Below are positions 17,418 through 25,134 of a DNA stretch of 25,134 nt, one piece after another. The stretch comes from an uncultured archaeon. Its GTDB lineage: Archaea > Asgardarchaeota > Heimdallarchaeia > Heimdallarchaeales > Kariarchaeaceae. The notes below the pieces were generated by a model. It was not told the DNA's origin and searched no databases. It worked only from the letters and a program-made list of their open reading frames with translations. The stretch is from contig CAZYCQ010000049.1 of the NCBI GenBank assembly GCA_964645535.1, forward strand, positions 1 to 25,134, written 5' to 3'. Positions within the stretch are counted from its first letter, which is position 1. Every line of letters begins with the position of its first letter. The position numbers and the translations under genes were made by a program.

Positions 17418-17447
17418 AGGAAAGAGCCATAGAAAAAATCGAAAACA

Positions 17448-18773
17448 ATGAAATCTCCCGAAAGCCTTTTTCTGACATCATATATTTCCGAAAGTAAAAT
17501 TGACGAGATTACAAAACGCAATGGCGAGCCAGAATGGATAAAAACGAGGAGATTGGAAGCATTCAAAAAGTTCAAGGAACTTCCAATCGATCAAGATAAT
17601 CTTTTCTACAAATATACTGACTTCAAGAATTTTGACCCTGAAAAATTGAAACCATTTTGGGAAATGGAAGTTGAGGAGATTCCCAGCACCCAGAGCCTCA
17701 AAATTGCAGAAATGACGCCTACCTTTGTCGAATCCGTTGAGAAGGTGGAAATTTCCCTAGGTCATGAATTAAAAGAGGATAGTGTATTTCTTGGTACACT
17801 TGGGCAACTGGCATCCCAAAATGAAAACCTAGCCAAGAAAATTGTTGAAGAAGTCTCAGAAACAATGGATTTTGACAAACTGGGAAATTTAGCAACCGCC
17901 TATTCCGCACATACACTCGTCCTTTTTGTTCCAAAGAATTTTCGGTCAGAGAAACCAATTCTGAAAACTACATTGCTTTCAGGCATAAATGTCGCAATGT
18001 TTTCTGAATTCATTGTTTACCTGTCGGAAGGATCGGAAATTGTCCTTGTAGAGGATTACAGAAGTCTCGAAAAGGCTGATGAAGAGCAATTGTTTATGAT
18101 GTCACAGTCCATTGTGGTTAAAGACAATTCTCGCCTCAAGCATATCCAAATACAAGATTGGAACAACCAAACAGTCCATGTGACAGCAAAATTGACCAAA
18201 TTGCAATCTTACGCCAATTACACTAGTTATTTCCTCCTCCAAGGTGGAGAGATGACAAGGATCAATAGCAAGATTTTGTTGGAAGGAAGAGGTGCGGAAG
18301 GATATGATCTTTTCGCACAGTTCGGAATTGGAAACCAGAGAATTGATGTTAAATCTGAATTGGTTCATATTGCAGAAGACACTATTGGTCAGACCCACTC
18401 CAGAACAGTCGTGGTTGATCGTGCTGAATCTGTTCTCAGAGGTTTGATACATATTCCCAAATCCGGGAAAAATGCGGATTCATGGTTGACCTCTCATGGA
18501 CTTACTGTAGGAAGAGGATCTGTGACAGCAATCCCTGCGTTGATGATTGATCAAAATGAAGTGGTTGCTGCCCATTCAGCAGCAGTTGAACCGTTGAATC
18601 AAGAAAAGCTGTTCTATGTTGAATCTAGAGGAATTCCCAAAGAAGAGGCCAAAGCAATCCTCATAAAAGGATATTTTGAACCTCTCAGTAAATTTATTCC
18701 AAATGAAGATTTGAAAGAGTACATTCGCAATAAGATTTCCGAAAAATGGGATGACTATAGTGAATCAAATTGA
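17448..18773 (+). CDS. sufD: Fe-S cluster assembly protein SufD
   Basis: SufBD beta-helix, N-terminal EPEWIKTRRLEAF...FYKYTD, IPALMID, AAHSAAV (conserved His) and FYVESRGI...LIKGYF. Confidence 0.9.
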   Translation: MKSPESLFLTSYISESKIDEITKRNGEPEWIKTRRLEAFKKFKELPIDQDNLFYKYTDFKNFDPEKLKPFWEMEVEEIPSTQSLKIAEMTPTFVESVEKVEISLGHELKEDSVFLGTLGQLASQNENLAKKIVEEVSETMDFDKLGNLATAYSAHTLVLFVPKNFRSEKPILKTTLLSGINVAMFSEFIVYLSEGSEIVLVEDYRSLEKADEEQLFMMSQSIVVKDNSRLKHIQIQDWNNQTVHVTAKLTKLQSYANYTSYFLLQGGEMTRINSKILLEGRGAEGYDLFAQFGIGNQRIDVKSELVHIAEDTIGQTHSRTVVVDRAESVLRGLIHIPKSGKNADSWLTSHGLTVGRGSVTAIPALMIDQNEVVAAHSAAVEPLNQEKLFYVESRGIPKEEAKAILIKGYFEPLSKFIPNEDLKEYIRNKISEKWDDYSESN

Positions 18774-18830
18774 ACTACTTTGATCTAAAACTTTCAGAGG
18801 AATTTTATTGTTTCAACCCATTGAAAGATT

Positions 18831-19139
18831 ATGACTGATCTTGTTCGTGTTTGTAAATTGAATGAAATCGAGGATGGTAAAATCAATAGTTTCGATGTGG
18901 AAGGAGTTCCAATTTTCATAGTAAGGATTGGCAATAAGTTGATTGCAAGATCGAGGATTTGTACACATCAAACGTTTGACCTTTCACAAGGAATCTACTC
19001 AGATGGGTTTTTGACATGTCCTCTCCATGCATCCACCTTTGAGGTTGAAACAGGCGAGGCTTTGAATCCACCTGCCAAAGAACCACTTGATGAATATCCT
19101 GTTTTGATCAAAGGAGATGAAGTTTTCATTGAGATCTAA
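18831..19139 (+). CDS. Rieske-type [2Fe-2S] ferredoxin
   Basis: CTH...CPLH ligands, STFEVETGE and PPAKEPL. Confidence 0.93.
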   Translation: MTDLVRVCKLNEIEDGKINSFDVEGVPIFIVRIGNKLIARSRICTHQTFDLSQGIYSDGFLTCPLHASTFEVETGEALNPPAKEPLDEYPVLIKGDEVFIEI

Positions 19140-20446
19140 AGACTTTCTTTTCTGAAAAAGGGGAAATATTTTCGTAAGAGCGTAATCGATCCTTCAAATA
19201 TTTTGACATTGCCGGTGAAATTCTCGATTTCCTCTTTATATGTTTCATAGAATGCATTTGTATAGTTCTCAAGCCCTTTATCCAAGAAGTAGGATGATTT
19301 CTCAGCAATAAGAACAGAAGTAACCGGTCCAGAAGTTCTTAGGACTAACTGCCTGTCTGACATTCCGATTAGATTGACAACTCCTTCTGCATATGTGATT
19401 TCCTTCAGAAGCGTCTGGATGGCGACAATTGCAGGAGATTTCAGGGCAACTTGGACGGAAGGCTTGTTGTAATGTCTTATCTCATTGATGAAACTGTACA
19501 AGGTAACACCATCTTCACGGTTGATCACCAGAAGTTGGTAAACATCAAAAGGAACCGAATATGCAAATTCAGGGGTGAGGAAGTAAGCGAGAAGAAAGAA
19601 AACAATGGAACCCATCAATAGCCAAGATGTATGAACGGTAAAGGATATCCCCAGTGAAAAAAGTGTGGATATACTCAATGTATCTCTTAGACCCAAAAGA
19701 ACAAAGTTTCCGATAAGGGAGGAAAATCCAACAATCATAAAAACAGATCCCCTGGAAACCTCGGGAGAATCTGCATGTTCCATGGTCAGATACATGACTC
19801 GTAAACCATAGATACTAATCCAGAGGATTATTATGCCGAAGATGTAAAGATAGAAGGTCAACACATTTTCGATTTCTTTTTCTAACATAGGATTGTTCAG
19901 CAATTCCTCAAGAACATCAGTTTCTCCAACAATTATTTCTAAAATTCCTCCCACAATTAAGGGTAAGCCAGACGAGAAGATTCCTATCGATCGTAGCAGA
20001 TTTGGTCTTTGGTTTTCTACAAGTTCGATATGAAGATAGAGAGAAAGAACAGCCAATGGCATCATCATGTCTGTCAAAATTGCAAAAGCGGAGCCACCCC
20101 TCCGGAAAGGTGATGTATTTACGATAACCTCGCCTGCAATGATTTTGAAGATTTCAGACAACGAAATTGCCAAAACAAATATTGCTAGGAATTCCATCCC
20201 CTGTATGCCTCTTATCTTTGATTTATAGACAAGGTAAGCAAATAGGGAGCCAGAAACTAAAAACGGAATGAGGTTGTACAAAACGGTATTTCGAATGGTA
20301 TCCAACACCACCCCAAATAGATCTCCGGTCAACCAAGCCATCAATACGGTTCCACTGATGCCTCCCAGGAAGGAAAGGGCGGCTTTCAATTTGGGGGATA
20401 TTGCATGCTCGTATTCTTGAAACGGATTTGTCTCTTCAGCATTCAT
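19136..20446 (-). CDS. Multi-TM (~8) membrane protein with C-terminal longin-like domain
   Basis: About 8 hydrophobic helices, then VYQLLVINREDGVTLYSF, a helix (AIVAIQTLLKEI), three strands and LENYTNAFYETY...FTGNVKIF...LLRKYF. This is the beta-beta-alpha-beta-beta-beta-alpha-alpha longin order. Confidence 0.78.
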   Translation of the reverse strand: MNAEETNPFQEYEHAISPKLKAALSFLGGISGTVLMAWLTGDLFGVVLDTIRNTVLYNLIPFLVSGSLFAYLVYKSKIRGIQGMEFLAIFVLAISLSEIFKIIAGEVIVNTSPFRRGGSAFAILTDMMMPLAVLSLYLHIELVENQRPNLLRSIGIFSSGLPLIVGGILEIIVGETDVLEELLNNPMLEKEIENVLTFYLYIFGIIILWISIYGLRVMYLTMEHADSPEVSRGSVFMIVGFSSLIGNFVLLGLRDTLSISTLFSLGISFTVHTSWLLMGSIVFFLLAYFLTPEFAYSVPFDVYQLLVINREDGVTLYSFINEIRHYNKPSVQVALKSPAIVAIQTLLKEITYAEGVVNLIGMSDRQLVLRTSGPVTSVLIAEKSSYFLDKGLENYTNAFYETYKEEIENFTGNVKIFEGSITLLRKYFPFFRKESL

Positions 20447-20478
20447 CTTCTTTGAAAAAGAACCTTCAACATTTAATT

Positions 20479-22314
20479 TTATTTGGAACCAACTTCTGGT
20501 TTTGTCAAAATTTCTCCTGATTTTTCTTTTGATTTCAATTCTTCGATTATTGGATGAATTTCCTTGAATTCCTTGCTCTCCAATTCTTTTAGCCTTTTGC
20601 TACTTTTGAACTTGTGATAGGCTCGAATGATGTCGGATCTGGTAATCCAGCCAATAATTTTTTCAGGATGATCTATATCTTCCACCACAGGCATTCGGTT
20701 AATCCCTTTTTCCGCCATAAGTTGTGCAGCAACTGAAACAGGACAGCTCGATTGGACAGAGACAATATCAGTTGTACAAATGTCTGAAACCAAAGCATCC
20801 CCTTTTCCACTGGCTATCGCTTTGTCAACATCATGCTCTGTTATCACCCCAACTAATTTTCCTTGATGAATGACTGGGAAACCTGTGTGTCCAGTATTTT
20901 CCATTAATTCCAAAACAGTGGTAATGGATTGTGAAGGGGTAACAAATACAAGGTTTCTGGACATGATGTCGCCTACTTCTAATGATTCGAGGTGATCCTC
21001 TTGAGAATGGAAAACAATCCCTTTCCTGATCAATTTATAGATATAAATATCCTCTTTCAGGAGAAGGGAGCTTGTCAACCAAGAAGTGGTGACGGTAATA
21101 AGTAACGGGAGAAAGAGATTGAAATCATCAACCATTTCACTGGTCATTATTATGGTAGTCAATGGGGCACGAGTCGATGCAGCAAACAAACCCGCCATTC
21201 CGAGAACGGGAAAAATATTTATCGCAATATTCCCTGCAACTAACGGATTTACAATTAGACCGAAAGCACTTCCTAAGAATACACCTTGCATCAGAGTTGG
21301 TGCAAAAACTCCACCAGACCCACCACTTCCGATTGAGAAGGATGTGGCGAGAAACTTCATCAATGCGATGATAACAAACATTTCAAGGGTCAATTTCAGG
21401 GAAAGGCCATCATTGATTGGAGAATATCCTATACTCCCATCAACTTCAGGGAAATAGAGTTCGATCAATCCAACCAAGAAACCACCCAATCCAGTAATTA
21501 ATACGGGAGAGATTGGAAGTTTTTCTAACTTATCCTCAATAAAATAAAACCCCTTGATCCAGAATATGGAATATAATCCCATCAGCAAACCTAAAAAAAT
21601 AAAGTTATGAGTGTTCATTAATGTTTGAAGACCAGTAATTTCCAAATCAGGGAATTCAAAGACTGATTGATCACCAAGAACCAATCTTGCAACTGTTGTC
21701 CCAATGAAAGTGGCCATAATCAGTGGGAATGGGCTAATTTGTTTGCGATCCCTACGGATGATTTCCATGCCAAAGAGAATTCCACCTAGGGGAGCATTGA
21801 AGATAGCAGCAATGCCTGCCGATGTTCCCGAAATCACCATGAGTTTCCTTTCTTCAGGTTTTAGGTCAAATACCTGACCCACCAAGCTTCCAAAACCACC
21901 TCCAATTTGGGCAATGGGTCCTTCACTGCCGGCAGATCCATGAGATCCAATCGTGATTGCTGAAGCAATGATTTTGACGAAAGGAACACGATACCTCATA
22001 TTACCTCCCTGCAAGTTCACTGAATCAATAATTTCAGGAACTCCGTGGCCTTTGGCTTCGCTTGCATATTTTGTGACAACCCATCCGCACAAAAGTCCAC
22101 CCAAAGTCGGGATGAGAATGGTTGCAAGGGTATTGTTCGTATGGCTGTACTCCGCTAGAAGAGTAAAAATTTCTTTTGTATATTCAACAAAAAGCCTGAA
22201 GACAATGGCACCTAAACCACCTACCATACCAACTAAAGATGCTAAAAATACTAACTTAATTTCTTCAATAAACTCTTCATCATTGATCCGTTGAATTGGA
22301 GTCAGCCTTTTCAT
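20479..22314 (-). CDS. ClC-family chloride channel/transporter with two C-terminal CBS domains
   Basis: GHGVPE, GSEGP, FNAPLGG, GGVFAP and RAPLT motifs; CBS pair (HTGFPV...GVITEHD; NRMPVV...GWITRSD). Confidence 0.95.
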   Translation of the reverse strand: MKRLTPIQRINDEEFIEEIKLVFLASLVGMVGGLGAIVFRLFVEYTKEIFTLLAEYSHTNNTLATILIPTLGGLLCGWVVTKYASEAKGHGVPEIIDSVNLQGGNMRYRVPFVKIIASAITIGSHGSAGSEGPIAQIGGGFGSLVGQVFDLKPEERKLMVISGTSAGIAAIFNAPLGGILFGMEIIRRDRKQISPFPLIMATFIGTTVARLVLGDQSVFEFPDLEITGLQTLMNTHNFIFLGLLMGLYSIFWIKGFYFIEDKLEKLPISPVLITGLGGFLVGLIELYFPEVDGSIGYSPINDGLSLKLTLEMFVIIALMKFLATSFSIGSGGSGGVFAPTLMQGVFLGSAFGLIVNPLVAGNIAINIFPVLGMAGLFAASTRAPLTTIIMTSEMVDDFNLFLPLLITVTTSWLTSSLLLKEDIYIYKLIRKGIVFHSQEDHLESLEVGDIMSRNLVFVTPSQSITTVLELMENTGHTGFPVIHQGKLVGVITEHDVDKAIASGKGDALVSDICTTDIVSVQSSCPVSVAAQLMAEKGINRMPVVEDIDHPEKIIGWITRSDIIRAYHKFKSSKRLKELESKEFKEIHPIIEELKSKEKSGEILTKPEVGSK

Positions 22315-22385
22315 GATTGAACTTTCGTATCCTCTTAATTAAGATTTTATAAAGAAATATGATTATTCAAAACATTTCTTAATCT

Positions 22386-25124
22386 TTAACAGATTGATTT
22401 AAATCGCGTGTTTCTTTTGATAAGTTTAAGAAATTCGGCCCAAACAACTAGCATTATTGACATGGTGGCAATCCAAAGCCATTGAAATCCAGTTAATGGA
22501 ACAGTTCCAAAAAACTCGAACAGGATTTTGGAACCCAAAATATCTTCAAGAAATTGATCTCCCTGTACAACAAGAAATTGAAGGAAAATGGAAATAACCA
22601 CCGTTATTACCAATGCCCTATTCTTAAAGAAATTCTTCCCAATGATTGATGCAGTATCCTCTCGAACATTCATGGCATGGGCGAACTGAGTATATGACAT
22701 GATCGCGAATGCTATTGAACTAGCTACAGCATGATTGCCTTTTGTTCCGAACATATTGGTCTCAAGGAAAAGAATGTAGGAACCCAACGTGACAAGGGAG
22801 ATGAAACCGCCAAAGAGTAAGATATGATTTATCCGTTCTGCGGAAATCAGGCTTTCCTTTGGATTGCGAGGAGGTCGTTTCATTATCCCTCTTGAAGGGG
22901 GATCATTTCCCAAAGCAAGAGCGGGAACTCCATCAGTGACTAAATTAATCCAGAGAATTTGTGTTGCTACGAATGGAATTGGAAGGTTGAGAATAATGGA
23001 AAGAAAAATCACCACAATTTCAGCAAGATTGCTTGCGAGCATATAACGAATGAATTTTGTCATGTTGTCGTAGATTCCTCTTCCCTCTTCTACAGCTTTG
23101 ACAATGGTTGTAAAGTTATCGTCTTCTAGAATCATATCGGCGGTTTCCTTGGTTACATCCGTTCCACTGCCCATAGCGACACCAATATCGGCGCCTTTGA
23201 GTGCAGGAGCATCATTAACGCCATCACCGGTCATGGCAACGATTTCATCCAAATCCTTCAATGCCCTAACAATTCGAAGCTTATGCTGGGGACTTATACG
23301 AGCAAAGCCCTCAATATCTCGGATTATAGCCGCTAGTTCGGCATCATTCAGATTATCCAGTTCTTGACCGGTCAAAACATTTTTTTCATCAGTGACAATC
23401 CCAATTTCCTTTCCTATTGCAACTGCTGTTTTTTTATGATCTCCGGTCACCATCATGACTTTAATTCCTGCGGTATGACAAGCACTAACAGCTTCCTTCA
23501 CTCCTTCTTTTGGTGGATCTATCATTCCCATGAAGCCACTTATTACTATGCGAGATTCAAAGTCATAGATATTGTATGAAGTGGAACGCAATGCGTAGTA
23601 TCCAAATCCTAGGACACGAAGTGCCTTGTCAGCCAAACTGTCAATCTGATATTGAATTTTTTCTTTTATCTCCTCTGTTAGAGGTTGGGGACCATTTCCT
23701 AGATCTACCATTTTTGCCATATTGAGAAGAACTTCCGGTGCACCCTTGATGTATGCAATCTTGTCTTCAGGATCATTGATTGCTTCAACCATAACGGTCA
23801 TCCGTTTTCTTTCCGAATCAAACGGAATTTCATCAATTCGTCGATATTCTTTTTCAAGATCAGCTTTATGGAAACCATACTCGTTGCAAAGCCGTAATAA
23901 AGCAAGTTCAGTTGGATCGCCAAGTTCATTTTCTCCATCAATAATTGCGTTGTTGCATAATGCAGCGGCTCTGAGCATATGGAACTCATTTGGAGGCATG
24001 TCCTTCGTTTTGTGTTCTCGGATCTCATTTGGTGCAACGGTTAATGCAGAAGAATTCCTGAGAATAATGACTTCTTGCACTGTCATCCTATTCATAGTCA
24101 AAGTTCCCGTTTTGTCAGTACAGATGAACGTGACAGAACCTAAACTCTCAACAGAAGGGAGTTTTTTCACGATGGCATTCTGACGTGCCATTTTCTGTAC
24201 TCCTAAAGCCAATGCAAGCGTTATTACAATTGGAAGACCTTCAGGAATGGCAGCAACAGCCAAACTGACAGATGTCTCGATCATTATAAGAAAATCGAGT
24301 CGGGTCACGAATATACCATAAGCAGTCATGAACACCATGAGTGCAATGATAGCCAAACCAAGTTTCTTTCCGAATTCATCAAGCTTCACTTGGGTAGGAG
24401 TTGGTTCCTCATCAATTTCATCAACCTCCAAAGCCAGCTTCCCCATTTCAGTTTTCATCCCGGTAGCAGTAACAACTGCCATTCCCTTCCCGAAGGTAAT
24501 ATACGTCCCCATATAAAGCATGTTCACTCGGTCACCAATGGGGGCATCTTCCTCAAGAACTGAATAACTTGATTTATGAACCTCATGACTCTCCCCAGTC
24601 AATTGGGATTCATCAACTTTAAGATTATTTACTGCCAAGACTCTACAGTCAGCAGGAACCCTATCACCTTGCTTAAGAAGAACAATGTCACCAGGAACAA
24701 GTAATTTACTGTCGATTTCCAGTTCGTGACCATCTCTGATAACTCTGGTCCGATGCGAAAGCATCTGGCTTAAAGCTTCAATTGCCTTATCTGCTTTCCA
24801 TTCCTGATATACTCCTAAAATGGCGTTTAGAATCAAAATAATTATGATCAGGATGGATTCTGCAAGTTCATGGAGAAAAAATCCGGTAACAAAAGCTGCG
24901 ATTAATAAAATAATTACAAGAATGTCCTTGAACTGGTCAAGAAAGAGAGAGAAAATTCCTTTCTTCTTCTTGGCGATTAGTTTGTTTTCACCAAACAGAT
25001 TCAGTCTTTCTTGAACTTGTTCATCGTTTAAGCCATTTTCGGAGGTTTGGAGTTTTTTCAGGACTTCTTCTTTTGGTAAGGTATAATAAGGAAGGTTAGG
25101 GAGTTCACTGATAGAAGAATCCAT
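22386..25124 (-). CDS. P-type ATPase, type IIA (SERCA/PMR1-like, probable Ca2+ pump)
   Basis: TGES, AAIPEGL, DKTGT, KGAPE, DPP, TGD, GDGVND, M5 SNLAE and M6 INLVTDG. Confidence 0.95.
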   Translation of the reverse strand: MDSSISELPNLPYYTLPKEEVLKKLQTSENGLNDEQVQERLNLFGENKLIAKKKKGIFSLFLDQFKDILVIILLIAAFVTGFFLHELAESILIIIILILNAILGVYQEWKADKAIEALSQMLSHRTRVIRDGHELEIDSKLLVPGDIVLLKQGDRVPADCRVLAVNNLKVDESQLTGESHEVHKSSYSVLEEDAPIGDRVNMLYMGTYITFGKGMAVVTATGMKTEMGKLALEVDEIDEEPTPTQVKLDEFGKKLGLAIIALMVFMTAYGIFVTRLDFLIMIETSVSLAVAAIPEGLPIVITLALALGVQKMARQNAIVKKLPSVESLGSVTFICTDKTGTLTMNRMTVQEVIILRNSSALTVAPNEIREHKTKDMPPNEFHMLRAAALCNNAIIDGENELGDPTELALLRLCNEYGFHKADLEKEYRRIDEIPFDSERKRMTVMVEAINDPEDKIAYIKGAPEVLLNMAKMVDLGNGPQPLTEEIKEKIQYQIDSLADKALRVLGFGYYALRSTSYNIYDFESRIVISGFMGMIDPPKEGVKEAVSACHTAGIKVMMVTGDHKKTAVAIGKEIGIVTDEKNVLTGQELDNLNDAELAAIIRDIEGFARISPQHKLRIVRALKDLDEIVAMTGDGVNDAPALKGADIGVAMGSGTDVTKETADMILEDDNFTTIVKAVEEGRGIYDNMTKFIRYMLASNLAEIVVIFLSIILNLPIPFVATQILWINLVTDGVPALALGNDPPSRGIMKRPPRNPKESLISAERINHILLFGGFISLVTLGSYILFLETNMFGTKGNHAVASSIAFAIMSYTQFAHAMNVREDTASIIGKNFFKNRALVITVVISIFLQFLVVQGDQFLEDILGSKILFEFFGTVPLTGFQWLWIATMSIMLVVWAEFLKLIKRNTRFKSIC

Positions 25125-25134
25125 TGGTTAATGT

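Noticed and set aside
296-25014. Many short (60-153 aa) antisense or out-of-frame ORFs in the track, e.g. 23722-24183, 15109-15504, 21086-21457, 18102-18452
   Set aside because: They lie largely or entirely within well-supported genes, have no motifs and show the composition of shadow ORFs.
1-25134. rRNA, tRNA, CRISPR array, transposase, integrase or defence system
   Set aside because: None recognised; intergenic gaps are all under ~175 bp and AT-rich, with no cloverleaf or repeat-spacer structure.

Overview
Gene-dense, AT-rich archaeal window, most likely from an Asgard archaeon (Heimdallarchaeia-like). The taxonomy is inferred from three things: TATA boxes ~20-30 bp before start codons, GGTGA-type Shine-Dalgarno sites on several genes, and a multi-TM protein fused to a longin-like domain. 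From left to right: (1) part of the SCO6650-type orphan pterin/GTP-derived pathway cluster (a truncated GT4 glycosyltransferase missed by the ORF track, a Cys-less PTPS/QueD paralog and a Zn-less MDR dehydrogenase), interrupted by two hypotheticals and a peroxiredoxin; (2) a membrane-anchored pseudo-metzincin, a PIG-L deacetylase, YgfZ/Iba57, an SDR-type threonine dehydrogenase and a NUDIX hydrolase; (3) an uncharacterised four-gene divergent module built around a 725-aa cytoplasmic protein (HEAT repeats, acidic hinge, mu-homology-domain-like region, Ig-like sandwiches) plus a polytopic membrane protein, a four-(HhH)2 protein and a 2-TM protein; (4) a complete, bacterial-style but rearranged SUF system (sufB-sufS-sufU-sufC divergent from sufD-Rieske) with a DtxR/IdeR-like box in the divergent promoter; (5) the TM-longin protein, a ClC-CBS transporter and a type IIA P-type ATPase. 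The best candidate for a novel system is the adaptin/coatomer-like HEAT-MHD-Ig protein with its membrane neighbour. All family calls come from motifs read by eye; no searches were run.
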